Both the position numbers and the translations under genes were made by a program. From a virus (lineage: Duplodnaviria > Caudoviricetes): 64,000 bases of DNA. The notes beneath the pieces were generated by a model. The model was not told where the DNA came from. It searched no databases and saw only the letters and a program-made list of their open reading frames with translations. This document shows positions 1 through 9,768 of this stretch, piece after piece (the stretch's first letter is position 1; every line of letters begins with the position of its first letter). The stretch spans positions 22,883 through 86,882 of IMG/VR virus record IMGVR_UViG_2857083903_000001, one strand, 5' to 3'.

Positions 1-182
1 GCAGGCGAAGGACTCGGCCGTGTACGCGGAGCCGATCGGTGCTGTGGACGAGGCGGAACGGCAGGCGGACCACTACGGGCGGAGCAATTTGGGGGCGAAG
101 GGCAACAGCCTCGCGGTGTCGTTGCCGTTGCAGCGGATGGTGGCGTGGTTCCGGGAGCATCCGGAGGGTTGAGGGTATGGGG

Positions 183-220
183 CGGCCCCGCCTCCGTGGG
201 GGTTTTCGGGGGCGGGGCCG
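183..220 (-). terminator. GC-rich hairpin downstream of the transfer operon
   Basis: cggccccgcctccg...cgggggcggggccg inverted repeat. Confidence 0.55.
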
Positions 221-342
221 GGTCTTGTGGCACGGTCCCTGAGTTCGCCTTGGCGCGGGGGTGCTAAGCCGCCCCCAGGGACCGTGCTAGTTCATGGTGG
301 CGTATGGGGCGGGGTTTGTCAGAGGTGCCTTCCCCCTGCGGG

Positions 343-897
343 TTAGTCGCCTGCGGGGAGTTGGTTGCGGTTGCTGGCCCACAGGCCGCGGTTGGTGCTG
401 TTCACGGTGCGGGTGTCCTGGTGGACGGTGCCGGTGTAGTGCTGGTGGATGACGGGCGGTGCGGCTTCCACGACCTGGCGGGCGCGGCGGAGGAAGCGGG
501 CGAGGGCGAGGATCGGCAGCGCGATGGTGGCGGGCGCGGCCGCTGCGATGGCCAGGGCGGCCGGGTCGACTTGGCCGAGGGTGTAGACGACGAGGCTGGT
601 CATGCCGCCGATGGGGAGTGAGGCGATGCCGGTGCAGAGGATTGTGGTGTTGAGGTCGACGGCGCGCTGGCTCATGGGGGGCCGTCCGGGCTGGGGCACG
701 GGGGCGGTCGGCCCGGTGGTGTAGGTGGCGGGGAGGGTGTCGTCGCGGTAGGCGGTGGGCGTGGTCTTCGCGGTGTTGGTGGTGGTGAAGGCGGATTCGA
801 GGTCGGCGAGGAATGCCTGGGCGGCGGTGTTGGTGGTGGGCTGCCCGGCCTGGGTGGCGTGGGGCTGCCGTCCGGGGGGCTCGGGCAGTCGGTTCAC
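343..897 (-). CDS. Membrane protein, Spd-like plasmid spread protein
   Basis: GTG after AGGAG; two hydrophobic segments then a 'HQHYTGTVHQD' tail; directly downstream of traB. Confidence 0.6.
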   Translation of the reverse strand: MNRLPEPPGRQPHATQAGQPTTNTAAQAFLADLESAFTTTNTAKTTPTAYRDDTLPATYTTGPTAPVPQPGRPPMSQRAVDLNTTILCTGIASLPIGGMTSLVVYTLGQVDPAALAIAAAAPATIALPILALARFLRRARQVVEAAPPVIHQHYTGTVHQDTRTVNSTNRGLWASNRNQLPAGD

Positions 898-923
898 GGG
901 GATCGGTCTCCTGTCGGGGTGGG

Positions 924-3212
924 TTAGTCGGTGAGCTGGTAGGTGCCGCGGCTGATGGCGGTGACGTGGCCGGCGTCGCGGAGTTCGGCCATGGCGTTGT
1001 TGACGCTGCCGGCGGCGACGTCGGAGAGGTGGCGGCGGACGTCCTTGAGGGCCATGGGGCCGTCGGTGAGGAGGTCGAGGATGCGGTCCTTGATGCTGCC
1101 GGCGCTCGGCTGGTCGTCTTCGTCGTCGAGGACGACCTGCGTGTTGGATGCCTGCTGGCCGGTTTCGGGTGTGTCGTCGTCGCATTCTCCGGCGAGGAGG
1201 GCTTCGGCGTGGTCGAGCCAGCGGGCGTAGGACTCCTGGAAGACGCGGTCCTCGTCGGGGGTGAGGCGTGGGATGGGCGCGGATTCCATGAGGGTGATAA
1301 GGCCGGGGTAGGTCTTGTTCTCCTTGTGGGCGTACCAGGTGCGGTTCAGGAAGAGGCTTCCGCCGTTGATGATGTTGGCCATGCCGGCGGTGATGGGCCC
1401 CTTGGGGGCTTCGAGGCCGTGGAAGGCTGCGTCGATACTGCTGCCGTCGCTGGTGTTGAAGTAGCGGGGGATGGGTTCGATCTGGACGCCGGGCGGGAGG
1501 ACGCCGTCGCGGGCCATGCTCTGGGTGGTGGAGGAGTTGGTGCGGCCGAGCCAGACGGTGCCGTTCTTGGCGTTGGCGCGGATGCGGTCTTTGTCGCCGA
1601 GGTCGGCGAGGTGGATGGACTGGGCGGCGAAGCGGATGCCGAGGCCGAGCTTGCGGCCGGTTGACTGGGTGTCGCCGACCAGGCCGGTGACCCACTTGCG
1701 GAAGGGGCGGGGGACGACGGCGTCGGCGGAGAGGATGCGGTTGAGTTCGTCGAGGGTGACGTTGACCAGTGGCCAGGGGTTGCCGATGTCGAAGGAGCCC
1801 CAGCCGTTCTGGGCGCTGACCTGTTCGCGGTACTTACTGAGGTCGTTGGCGGCGGCGAGAGTGGCGGCGGTGGCGGCGATGCCCTTGCCGAAGTGGTAGA
1901 CGCGGCCGTCGACCTCGGGCAGGGACATGCCGTCCTGGGCGTCGGCGGCAATGGAGACGATGCCGCTGATGCGTTCGCCGGCGATGACGTGGAGCAGGGT
2001 GACGGACTTGCCTGCGCCGGGGGCTCCGACGTACAGGTCGGTGATGGCTCCCATCTGGGGGTCGTAGAGGGGGACGCGGCCGGTGCGGCCGTCGGGGCGT
2101 TGGCCGAGGGCGATGGTGCCGTCGGGCTGCATGGTGAGGTCTTCGATGGTGGCTTCGCGGACGTTCATCAGCGGGTGGGTTTTGTAGATGCTGATGAGGC
2201 CCTCTCCGAGTCCGTCGGTTTCGACCATGAGGAGGGTGGCGTCGGCGATGTCGAAGGCGCGGGCGAGCATCTTCTGATTGAGCTGGATGAGGTGTCCGTC
2301 GGGGGCGGTGGTGCGTAGCGCGATCCGGTTGTCTTCGATGCGGTAGTCGGTGAGGAGCATGCCGGGGGCGGCGCCGCGCGGGTGGGTGATCTTCTCGTTC
2401 CAGATGCGGTGGATGGGGTCCTGTTCGGCCTGGGCGGCGGTGTCGAGGGTGGGGCGGGCGATGAGGACTTTCCGGCCGGGTCCGGAGCCGTCCATGGGCT
2501 GGAGGGTGACGGTGCCGGCGGGGAGGTCGAAGACGGCGGCGAGGGTGGTGGGGTTGAGGTCGGGGACGGCTTCGCCTTGGGGGGCGACGACGATGCCCCA
2601 GAAGTCGGGGGCGTTGTCCTGGTAGGGGGTGACGTTGGTGAGGAGGGTGTTGCCGGTGGTTCGGGCGGTGACCCATTCCCAGGCCCGGTATTCCTCGTAG
2701 GTGCGGGGGGCGGGCAGGGCGGGCGGGGTCTGCTGGGCGGGGGTGGTGTCGGGGGTGGGCGTCTCTGTGGTCGGGGTGGGGAGGATGGCCTTGAGGTTCA
2801 GGGAGTGGGTGATGGGGGTGGTGCCGGCCATGGTGATGCCCCAGGCGGCGGGCGCGAGGTACTCCCACCAGGTGGTGCCGGGGTGGAGGAGGTCGGTGAG
2901 GTAGACGCTGGCGCCGGTCAGCCAGGGCAGGGCGCGCTGGGTGGCCTGGAGGAAGCCGAGGGTGTGACCGGTGGTGTCGTCGTCGCGGCGGTCGAGTTTC
3001 TTCCACAGCCAGCAGAACGCGCCGACGGCGATCCCGCCTGCGGTGAGGTGGGCTGCCGTCCAGTCGGGCTGGGTGGGGGCGATGGTGATGCCGAGGGTGG
3101 CGGCGCCGTAGGTGAGGCGCTCGAGCTGGATTCGACGGCGCAGACTGTGTGCGGGTACGAGCCGGGGGCCGTCGGTGGCGGCTTCGATAGCGGGGGTCTG
3201 GTCGGTGGCCAC
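924..3212 (-). CDS. traB: FtsK/SpoIIIE-family conjugative DNA translocase (TraB-like)
   Basis: N-terminal TM helices, Walker A GAPGAGKS, Walker B VTLDE, 'TGRKLG..AAQ', C-terminal winged helix; RBS AAGGAGG. Confidence 0.8.
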   Translation of the reverse strand: MATDQTPAIEAATDGPRLVPAHSLRRRIQLERLTYGAATLGITIAPTQPDWTAAHLTAGGIAVGAFCWLWKKLDRRDDDTTGHTLGFLQATQRALPWLTGASVYLTDLLHPGTTWWEYLAPAAWGITMAGTTPITHSLNLKAILPTPTTETPTPDTTPAQQTPPALPAPRTYEEYRAWEWVTARTTGNTLLTNVTPYQDNAPDFWGIVVAPQGEAVPDLNPTTLAAVFDLPAGTVTLQPMDGSGPGRKVLIARPTLDTAAQAEQDPIHRIWNEKITHPRGAAPGMLLTDYRIEDNRIALRTTAPDGHLIQLNQKMLARAFDIADATLLMVETDGLGEGLISIYKTHPLMNVREATIEDLTMQPDGTIALGQRPDGRTGRVPLYDPQMGAITDLYVGAPGAGKSVTLLHVIAGERISGIVSIAADAQDGMSLPEVDGRVYHFGKGIAATAATLAAANDLSKYREQVSAQNGWGSFDIGNPWPLVNVTLDELNRILSADAVVPRPFRKWVTGLVGDTQSTGRKLGLGIRFAAQSIHLADLGDKDRIRANAKNGTVWLGRTNSSTTQSMARDGVLPPGVQIEPIPRYFNTSDGSSIDAAFHGLEAPKGPITAGMANIINGGSLFLNRTWYAHKENKTYPGLITLMESAPIPRLTPDEDRVFQESYARWLDHAEALLAGECDDDTPETGQQASNTQVVLDDEDDQPSAGSIKDRILDLLTDGPMALKDVRRHLSDVAAGSVNNAMAELRDAGHVTAISRGTYQLTD

Positions 3213-3251
3213 AGGTGGTCCTCCTTCGCTGGCTGTCGTGGGGTGGGCGGG

Positions 3252-3740
3252 TTAGCGGACGGTATTGAAGCCGGGCTTTGGCTGCGCGTAGGGGGATGCC
3301 TGGCGGACTTCGTAGATGCCGCGGTATTCGGTTTCGTGGGCGTCGCCGACGGCGCGGGCGTTGGCTTCCATGCCGTCGGCGGCGCCGGCGAGTTCCCCGG
3401 AGGCTTCCGCGACTCGGTCGAGAGCTTGGGAGGCTTCGATGGCGAGGCCCTGGAAGTAGGGGTCGACGCCTGCTTGACCGCACATTTCGGAGATGCGTCG
3501 GGCCTGTTCGGCGTCGCGGTGCATGCGGTCCTTGAGGAGGTGCAGGTTCTCCTTGAGCCACATCGCGGCAGTGGCGAGGGCCATGAAGCGTGCGGTGAGG
3601 GTGACGAAGTTGAGGATGCCGAAGAGGAGTCCGCCGAACGTTTTGCGGGGGGCGGCCGGCTGGCTGCCGTCGGTCTGGCTGGCGGGCGGTGCGGGCGGGG
3701 TGGGGTCGGCGGGTTCGATTTCGCTGCTCATGGCGGTCAT
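3252..3740 (-). CDS. Transfer-region helical protein
   Basis: ATGA overlap with the upstream gene; C-ending codon bias; TM segment plus amphipathic helices. Confidence 0.65.
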   Translation of the reverse strand: MTAMSSEIEPADPTPPAPPASQTDGSQPAAPRKTFGGLLFGILNFVTLTARFMALATAAMWLKENLHLLKDRMHRDAEQARRISEMCGQAGVDPYFQGLAIEASQALDRVAEASGELAGAADGMEANARAVGDAHETEYRGIYEVRQASPYAQPKPGFNTVR

Positions 3741-5812
3741 TCCTCGTTGTGGATGGGCGCGGACGGGGTGGTGAGGCCGGCGTCGGCGGTGGCCGTGTTG
3801 TAGGGCCGGTAGGCGTCGTTCATTTCGTTGCTGGCCGTCTCGGTCTTCTCTGCGGCTTCGAGGCTGGAGGTCTCCATCTCGTCGGCCATGCGGGCGACGA
3901 GGTCCATGGATTCGGCGAAGCGGGCGAGTGCGGCGGTGAACAGGGGGCCGATGAGGTTGTGGTTGACGGCCAGGTAGTCGGCGAACGTCAGGCAGGTGTC
4001 GCGGAGGCTGCGGGCTTTGGTGGCGAGGCGCTGGGATTCGTCGTGGGTGGCGAACGCGTCGGTGGTGAGTTGGTCGAGGCCGTCGCAGGCGTCGTCGAGG
4101 GTGATCTCGGTGGCGTGCTGGGCGTCCATGCCGTGGGCGACGGCCTGGCTGGCGGTGCGGGCGGCTTGGTGGCGGGCTTTGACGATGCGGGGGTCCGGGC
4201 CGGTGGTGCTGGGGGGCATGGGGCTGGGCTCCTGGGGGCGGCTGGTTCCGGGGCGCGGGGTGTGCGGGGTGGGGGCGGCCGGGAGGGCGGTGATGCCGGT
4301 GGTGACGGCGGCCGCGGTCTGCTGACGCCTGCTGCTGCCGGGGACGTGTTCGCTGACGACGGTCCAGGTGGTGCCTTCGGTGTGGGCGGCGTTCTCGAAG
4401 GGGCTGCGCCGGCTTCCGGAGGTTCCGGAGGTTCCGGAGGTTCCGGTGGGTCCTGTAGTCGGTCCGGTGGTTCCGGTGGGGCGGTGGGTTTGGGCGTACT
4501 TCCAGGCGCGGGCGCGGGTGTTCGTCCACCAGTTGCTGTTGTGCTTGCTCCGGTTGTGGGGGCCGCGGGTGTTGTCGCGGCGCGCCTTCGGGCCGGTGCC
4601 GCCGCCTGTGCTGGTGTTGCGGGGGGTCTTGGGCTTGGGTGCCGGGCCGTGCGTGGCGTGGGGTGGGCGGTGGGTGCGCTGCTTCCAGCGGCGGGCGGCG
4701 GCCTGCTTGAGCTTCCTCCACATCTCCTGGTCCCGTTCGGTGGGCTTGGTCTTCTTGTCGGTGTGCTTGGCCGGGGGTGCGTCCTTGCGGTTCTTGCGCT
4801 TCTTCGAGCTGGTGTTGGCGTTCTTGGGGTCGGTCCAGACGGGGGGCTTGTCGCTGGTGTTCTTGCGGCGCTTCTTGAGCCGGCGGGCGGCGTTCTTGTG
4901 CACTGCGGCGCCGACGGAGTCGGCGTGGCCGGGGCGGTGCTTCTTGTTCTTGCTGCCGGGCTTGTGGGGGGTGTGCTTGCCGCCTGCGTGGTCGTTGGTG
5001 GGGCGGGGCTTGTGCTTGTTCAGGGTGTTGGCGGCGCCCTGGTGCTTGCGGTGCGGCGCCTTGGGGTGTGCGGGCTGCTTGGCGCCGCTGCCGTTGTTCT
5101 TCCGGGGGGTGGTGCTGCCCGGCTTGGGCGTCTTGGGAGTGCGGGTGGGGGTGGGCTTACGGTCCGCGGGACGGGTCTTGCCCCCGGCGGGCCTGGTACT
5201 GCGGGGGCCTGAGGTGTTGCCGGTGGACGGCTTCTTGCCGCCCTGACCGCCGCCCGCTCCCCCACTGCCGGACCCTCCGGACTTGGACCGGTTCAGGGTC
5301 TTACGGCCGTACTCCTGGCTCGACGGGATCTGCTTGGCGCGCTGCTGGGCGGCCTTGTCCTGGATGCCCTGCATGGCGAGCTGGTGCTTGAGCCGGGCCT
5401 CGCGGATCGGGTCGGCTTCGGTGAGGCGGGCCTGCCGGCGGTCCCACCAGGAGGCGCCGACGGTGTGCGCACCGCGGAGCGCGGCGACGGCGACGGCGAG
5501 GATCGCGGCGAGCGACAGGGCGCCGAGCCGGGGGCCGATCAGGTCGTCGTCGTGGGGGGTGTAGCCGTCGCTGCGGAACGTCGCGGGGACGGTGTCGCCG
5601 GCCAGGTCGGGGGTGGGGATGGCGGGCTGCAGGAGGGCCGGGGAGGGCAGTGCGGTGAGGAGGTCGAGGGGGCTGCGCCGGCTCCCGGCGGGGGTGGTGA
5701 GGGAGGCAGGGGTGGGGGTGTCCGTGGCCGTGGTGGCGGGCCCGTCGGGGGTGTTGCCGGGGGTGAGGGTGAACCCGATCCGCGGGAAGCTGATCACGTT
5801 GTCGTCGGTCAT
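3737..5812 (-). CDS. Large transfer-region protein (TM, basic low-complexity middle, helical C-terminus)
   Basis: 691 aa, RBS AAAGGAGG, operon context. Confidence 0.7.
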   Translation of the reverse strand: MTDDNVISFPRIGFTLTPGNTPDGPATTATDTPTPASLTTPAGSRRSPLDLLTALPSPALLQPAIPTPDLAGDTVPATFRSDGYTPHDDDLIGPRLGALSLAAILAVAVAALRGAHTVGASWWDRRQARLTEADPIREARLKHQLAMQGIQDKAAQQRAKQIPSSQEYGRKTLNRSKSGGSGSGGAGGGQGGKKPSTGNTSGPRSTRPAGGKTRPADRKPTPTRTPKTPKPGSTTPRKNNGSGAKQPAHPKAPHRKHQGAANTLNKHKPRPTNDHAGGKHTPHKPGSKNKKHRPGHADSVGAAVHKNAARRLKKRRKNTSDKPPVWTDPKNANTSSKKRKNRKDAPPAKHTDKKTKPTERDQEMWRKLKQAAARRWKQRTHRPPHATHGPAPKPKTPRNTSTGGGTGPKARRDNTRGPHNRSKHNSNWWTNTRARAWKYAQTHRPTGTTGPTTGPTGTSGTSGTSGSRRSPFENAAHTEGTTWTVVSEHVPGSSRRQQTAAAVTTGITALPAAPTPHTPRPGTSRPQEPSPMPPSTTGPDPRIVKARHQAARTASQAVAHGMDAQHATEITLDDACDGLDQLTTDAFATHDESQRLATKARSLRDTCLTFADYLAVNHNLIGPLFTAALARFAESMDLVARMADEMETSSLEAAEKTETASNEMNDAYRPYNTATADAGLTTPSAPIHNEE

Positions 5813-5934
5813 GTCGCCTCCTTTCAGGGGTTGACAGGCTGTAGTCGGTGGGCGATCCTCGCGCGTGCGCGTTGCGCGTGCGCATTGGACGGCTCGTCAC
5901 CCTCGTTTCCGGCGGGTGATGATGATGAATTCCG

Positions 5935-6159
5935 TCACTGGCTGTGAGCGCGGTAGAAGTCGTTGAGGTGTGCCGCAAGCCCGTTGGCGACCTTCGGGTC
6001 ACCGCTCTCGAGAGCGTCCTTGGCGAGCTTGCGGCACACGTTCGTCCAGAACGTGACGAGGTGCATCGGCCCGGCCGCGGCGGCCCTCGCCTGCGCCGCG
6101 TTGTAGTGCTCGGCCTGGTTGGCGCGGCGGGCCTGCTCGGCCTTCTGCGCGGCGTTCAC
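5935..6159 (-). CDS. Hypothetical protein
   Basis: GTGA overlap with the upstream gene; RBS GGAGG. Confidence 0.6.
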   Translation of the reverse strand: MNAAQKAEQARRANQAEHYNAAQARAAAAGPMHLVTFWTNVCRKLAKDALESGDPKVANGLAAHLNDFYRAHSQ

Positions 6160-6716
6160 AGCGCCTCCTGCTGGCCGAAGAAGTCACCGATGTGCGGGAC
6201 CGGGGCGGCCGTACTGCTGGGCTGGCCGGGGAACTGGAACGGCTGCGGGTTCACGTACTGCACGGCCGGCTGCCCGACCGTCGGGGGCTGGGCCGGCATG
6301 GTCGGCTGCACGCCGGTGAGGGTGTTCGTGCTGGTGGTGAGGGACTTGCCGACCTTGTCGTGGACGCTGGCCGCGGCAATCCCGAGGCGCTGCCTGCGGT
6401 CGTTCTTCTTCTCGAGTTCGCGGGCCCTGCGGGCGGGGAGTTCGACGACTTCCCGCAGGTAGACGGCGTTGACGGCTTCGGTTTCGGCGGCCGCCTTCTC
6501 GACGAGGCGGGCGACCTTGGTGAGGCGGCGGGCGACCTTGCGGGCGCGGCGGCCAGCGGAGCCGGTGCGGTCGCCGTCGATCTGGGTGTGGGCGAGGCGG
6601 GCCTGGATGATCTGGGCGAGCTGACGGAGCTGGGTGGCGTCGGTGGTGAACGTCTGCCGCTGCTCGTCGGTGAAGTCCCGCATGCCCTTCTGCGTCATCA
6701 GGGCTTCGATGTCCAT
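6156..6716 (-). CDS. Plasmid transfer protein, TraA-like
   Basis: RBS AAGGAG; coiled/basic 'ARRARKVARRL' segment; position between spd and traB. Confidence 0.55.
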   Translation of the reverse strand: MDIEALMTQKGMRDFTDEQRQTFTTDATQLRQLAQIIQARLAHTQIDGDRTGSAGRRARKVARRLTKVARLVEKAAAETEAVNAVYLREVVELPARRARELEKKNDRRQRLGIAAASVHDKVGKSLTTSTNTLTGVQPTMPAQPPTVGQPAVQYVNPQPFQFPGQPSSTAAPVPHIGDFFGQQEAL

Positions 6717-6736
6717 CGTTCTGGTCTCCTTCGTGT

Positions 6737-7657
6737 TTAGAGGTAGCCGCCGTCGGTGGTGGCGCGCTGCTTGCTGATGCGGGACAGGACGGTGCGCACG
6801 TATGCGGCGTCCGCTTCGATGCCGTGATGCGCGAGGCGCTCCACGATCTGCGGCGCTGATGCGGTCGGCTCCGCGTCACGGACGATGCGCACTGCGGCGG
6901 CCTTCGACAGGCCCTCGCTGCGCAGCGCCTCACCGAGGTGCTGCGGTGCCGCATCGCGGGTGATGCGCGGCGCGCCGGTGGGGGCGGGTGTCACGCGCGA
7001 CAGGGGCGCATCACGCTGCTCATCAGCGGTTTCACCGGCCGCATCGTTGCGGGCCGGGAGTTCGGGTGCGGCGGTCAGGGCCAGGGGCCGCATCCGGTGC
7101 AGCTCGCGGGCGCGGTCCTGCCGCATCACTTCGATGTCGAAGTCGGTGGACACTTCGCGCATCACGAGGTCGGCGTGCATCGTGCGGCGCCTCATCTCGA
7201 TGCGGTGCTGCGCCTCTTCGAAGACCATGCCGCGTTCCATGGCGGCGAGGGTGTGGAGTTCGTCGTGGGTGAGTGCGGCGGGGTCGCGCATGTCGGCGAG
7301 GGCGAGGGCCCAGACGGCTTTGGCGCCGAGGGGGAGGAAGGGGCCGGCGGCGGCCATGGCGAGGGATTCGCGGGCCATGCCGTGCATGGCGAGGAAGGTG
7401 GCGACGATGAGGAGGGTGGCCCAGCCGAGGGTGGGGACGATCCAGGTGCGGCCGGCGATTCGGAGGCCGCGGGCTTCGGCGATGATGACGCTGCCCCAGA
7501 TGATGTCGGCGCCGGCGGCGACGGTGACGCCGATGGGTCCGGTGCCGAGGAGGTCGACGAGGCTCCAGGTGGTCCAGGCCAGGGAGGCCAGGGACAGGAG
7601 TCCTGCCGGGTAGAGGAGCGGGCTGAGCCGCTTCTTGGTGGCCTGGACGGTGGTCAT
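6737..7657 (-). CDS. SpdB-like spread protein (4 TM + coiled coil + C-terminal HTH-like)
   Basis: Four N-terminal hydrophobic helices; 'AAYVRTVLSR' C-terminus; transfer operon. Confidence 0.65.
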   Translation of the reverse strand: MTTVQATKKRLSPLLYPAGLLSLASLAWTTWSLVDLLGTGPIGVTVAAGADIIWGSVIIAEARGLRIAGRTWIVPTLGWATLLIVATFLAMHGMARESLAMAAAGPFLPLGAKAVWALALADMRDPAALTHDELHTLAAMERGMVFEEAQHRIEMRRRTMHADLVMREVSTDFDIEVMRQDRARELHRMRPLALTAAPELPARNDAAGETADEQRDAPLSRVTPAPTGAPRITRDAAPQHLGEALRSEGLSKAAAVRIVRDAEPTASAPQIVERLAHHGIEADAAYVRTVLSRISKQRATTDGGYL

Positions 7658-7662
7658 GGGGT

Positions 7663-8008
7663 TCGGTGTCCTTTCGGGGGTTCAGGGGGTGGGGTCAGGT
7701 GTTGCGCCGGTTGGGGAGCCAGAGGCGACGCTTCGGCTGTGGCTCGGTCTGGGGCGCCTGGGCGGGTTCGGGCTGCTGTTCCAGGGCCTTGGCGATCCGG
7801 GAGAGGCTGTCGGCGATGCCAGTGAGGTGCCAGTTGGTGGCGCGCTGTTCCTTGACGAGGGCCATCAGCAGGTAGGGCATGGCGGCCTGGGGGGCGTCGG
7901 GGATGGGGAAGTCGTGCTTGGGGTGCTTGCCGTCGAGGGCCCTCTCGGCGCGGCGGATGAGTTCGGGGGTGTCCATCACGGGGATCGGTGTCCTTTCGGG
8001 GGTTCAGG
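7663..8008. repeat. 24-bp direct repeat flanking the 7695-7979 gene
   Basis: tcggtgtcctttcgggggttcagg at 7663-7686 and 7985-8008. Confidence 0.85.
7695..7979 (-). CDS. Hypothetical protein
   Basis: RBS AAAGGA; codon bias. Confidence 0.6.
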   Translation of the reverse strand: MMDTPELIRRAERALDGKHPKHDFPIPDAPQAAMPYLLMALVKEQRATNWHLTGIADSLSRIAKALEQQPEPAQAPQTEPQPKRRLWLPNRRNT

Positions 8009-8159
8009 CGGCGAGGTCGTGGTTGTCGGTGGTGGGCGGGGTGGTGTGGGCGTCGATCTCGGCGAGGTTCTGCTCGGCCTCGAAGTCGGCGGTGGTCCAG
8101 GTGCTGGAGTCGTTGCCGTGGGCGGCGGCGAACTCGGGTCCGGTCATCGGTCGGTTCAT
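8004..8159 (-). CDS. Small hypothetical protein (MNRPMTGPEF...DLAA)
   Basis: Read manually; ATGA overlap and RBS AGGAG. Confidence 0.55.
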   Translation of the reverse strand: MNRPMTGPEFAAAHGNDSSTWTTADFEAEQNLAEIDAHTTPPTTDNHDLAA

Positions 8160-8353
8160 CGGTTGGTGCTCCTGTTCTGGGTGCGGTGCCAGGTGGTGAC
8201 GACGTGTTCGGCGCCGGCCTTGGCGGCGTACAGGGAGAGGAGGGTGATGGCGGCGATGTCGAGGACGGGCATGTGGTGGCGGATGGCGGAGTAGATGGGG
8301 TGGCTGACGGCGAGGAGGGCGATGGCCCAGATGAGGAGCTGCTGTCGGTTCAT
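8156..8353 (-). CDS. Small two-TM membrane protein
   Basis: MNRQQLLIWAIALL..., RBS AGGA. Confidence 0.55.
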   Translation of the reverse strand: MNRQQLLIWAIALLAVSHPIYSAIRHHMPVLDIAAITLLSLYAAKAGAEHVVTTWHRTQNRSTNR

Positions 8354-8394
8354 CGAGGTCCTGTTCGGCAGGGGGGGGCGGAGGGGGTCGGGGG

Positions 8395-8682
8395 TCAGAC
8401 CATGAGGCGGTACTCGTCGACCATGTACGGCACCTCGTTCAGGTGGCGGGCTGCCCGCTGGAGGAGTGCGGTGTGGTCGTTGTGGGTGTCGTCGCCGGCT
8501 TCGGCGATGAGGGTGGCGGCGGTGTTGAGGCTGTCGGCGCCCGTGATCCCGGCCTGGTCGAGGTTGTCGGCGGCGTGGCCGAGCTGGGTGACGAACTCGG
8601 CGCTGGACGCGGCCGGGCGGGTGCCGGCGGCGGTGGCGATGTCGTCGGTGTAGGGGGTGAGGAGGGCCGGGAGGGCGCTCAT
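8395..8682 (-). CDS. Hypothetical protein
   Basis: RBS AAAGGA before MSALPALL. Confidence 0.6.
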   Translation of the reverse strand: MSALPALLTPYTDDIATAAGTRPAASSAEFVTQLGHAADNLDQAGITGADSLNTAATLIAEAGDDTHNDHTALLQRAARHLNEVPYMVDEYRLMV

Positions 8683-8762
8683 GCCGGGTGTGTCCTTTCG
8701 GTTGGGCGGGTGGGGTGCTGCCGCGCGGACTGGGGGGCGACCGCGCGGCAGCGGCTGGTGGG

Positions 8763-9227
8763 TTACTGGTTCCTGCAGGCGTCGCACACGCCGCCGTTCC
8801 AGTCGGGGAACGTGCCGCCACAGACGGAGCACTGGCCGGAGTTGGCGGCCGGGGTGTCGAGGGCGGCGCAGGCGGTGGCGGGGTGGGTGCGGAGGTCGGG
8901 GTCGCGGAGCTGCCATGCGGCGAGTTCGCCCTGGTGCTGGATGTCCTTCCTAAGAGGGGCGGGCAGCGGGTTGAGGGCGGGCTGGGTGGCGGTGGTGAGG
9001 TGTTCGATGAGGGCGGCGATGGCTCCGACGGTGTCGCAGGCGTCGGGGCTGGCCGCGAGCTGGGCGAGGAGGAGTTGGACGTCGGTGGGGGTGAGGGTGG
9101 GGTCTTCGGCGATGGTGCGGATGCCGGCGGCGATGGTGCGGACGCCGGGGTGGATGTTGCTGCCGGTGGTGAGGTCGGCGAGGCAGTCCCCGAGCTCGGT
9201 GCCGTCGAGGCGGTCGGTGGCGGCCAT
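8763..9227 (-). CDS. Hypothetical protein with C-terminal CxxC...CxxC
   Basis: CSVC...CDAC; TGATG overlap. Confidence 0.6.
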   Translation of the reverse strand: MAATDRLDGTELGDCLADLTTGSNIHPGVRTIAAGIRTIAEDPTLTPTDVQLLLAQLAASPDACDTVGAIAALIEHLTTATQPALNPLPAPLRKDIQHQGELAAWQLRDPDLRTHPATACAALDTPAANSGQCSVCGGTFPDWNGGVCDACRNQ

Positions 9228-9496
9228 CAGAGGTCCCCGTCCCACTCGCCGGTGACCATCTGCTCGTAGGCGGCGGCCGCGCCTTCCGGGTCGACGGCGG
9301 TAAGGACGTCGTCCAGGTAGGAGAGCGGGTCGATGCCCGCGTACATGGCGTCGATCTCGGCGTGGAGCAGGGGCTCGGGGTCGACGCTGTCCAGCAGGTC
9401 GACCAGGTCGGCGTACAGCTCTGGGTCGTTCTGCGCGACCGCGGCGGCCGACCACTCCCCCGACGGGATCTCCTCGAACTGGGGCTGGTCCATCAC
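9227..9496 (-). CDS. Acidic hypothetical protein
   Basis: Coupled ORF, RBS GGAGG. Confidence 0.55.
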   Translation of the reverse strand: MMDQPQFEEIPSGEWSAAAVAQNDPELYADLVDLLDSVDPEPLLHAEIDAMYAGIDPLSYLDDVLTAVDPEGAAAAYEQMVTGEWDGDL

Positions 9497-9768
9497 CGGT
9501 CACCTCCGACCACGTGCAGAGCCGGACGGCCGGCGGGCGCGACGGGGGCGGGGGCGGTGTCGTTGCGGACCAGGTCCCGCAGGGCACGCAGCCCAGCCAG
9601 ACCCAAGTCGACGTGCCCGAGCCGCTCGTTGCCGTCCAGGCGGGTGAACGTGACCCGGATGACCGGCTGCTCCTGCATCCGGTTCTTGCGGGCAGCCCAG
9701 GCGCGGACGATGTCGGTGAGGTGGTAGCCGACCGTGTTCACGACGGCGGTCAGGTCGCGGGCCATCAC
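9493..9768 (-). CDS. Hypothetical protein
   Basis: Coupled ORF. Confidence 0.55.
   Translation of the reverse strand: MMARDLTAVVNTVGYHLTDIVRAWAARKNRMQEQPVIRVTFTRLDGNERLGHVDLGLAGLRALRDLVRNDTAPAPVAPAGRPALHVVGGDR

Noticed and set aside
4413-4446. ggttccgga 9-bp tandem repeat as a clt/TraB recognition site
   Set aside because: It is in-frame and encodes a GTS linker; known clt repeats are 8-bp units. No convincing clt was found in the window
813-9269. Long plus-strand ORFs opposite the transfer operon
   Set aside because: Antisense shadows caused by GC3 bias; no RBS or recognisable motifs
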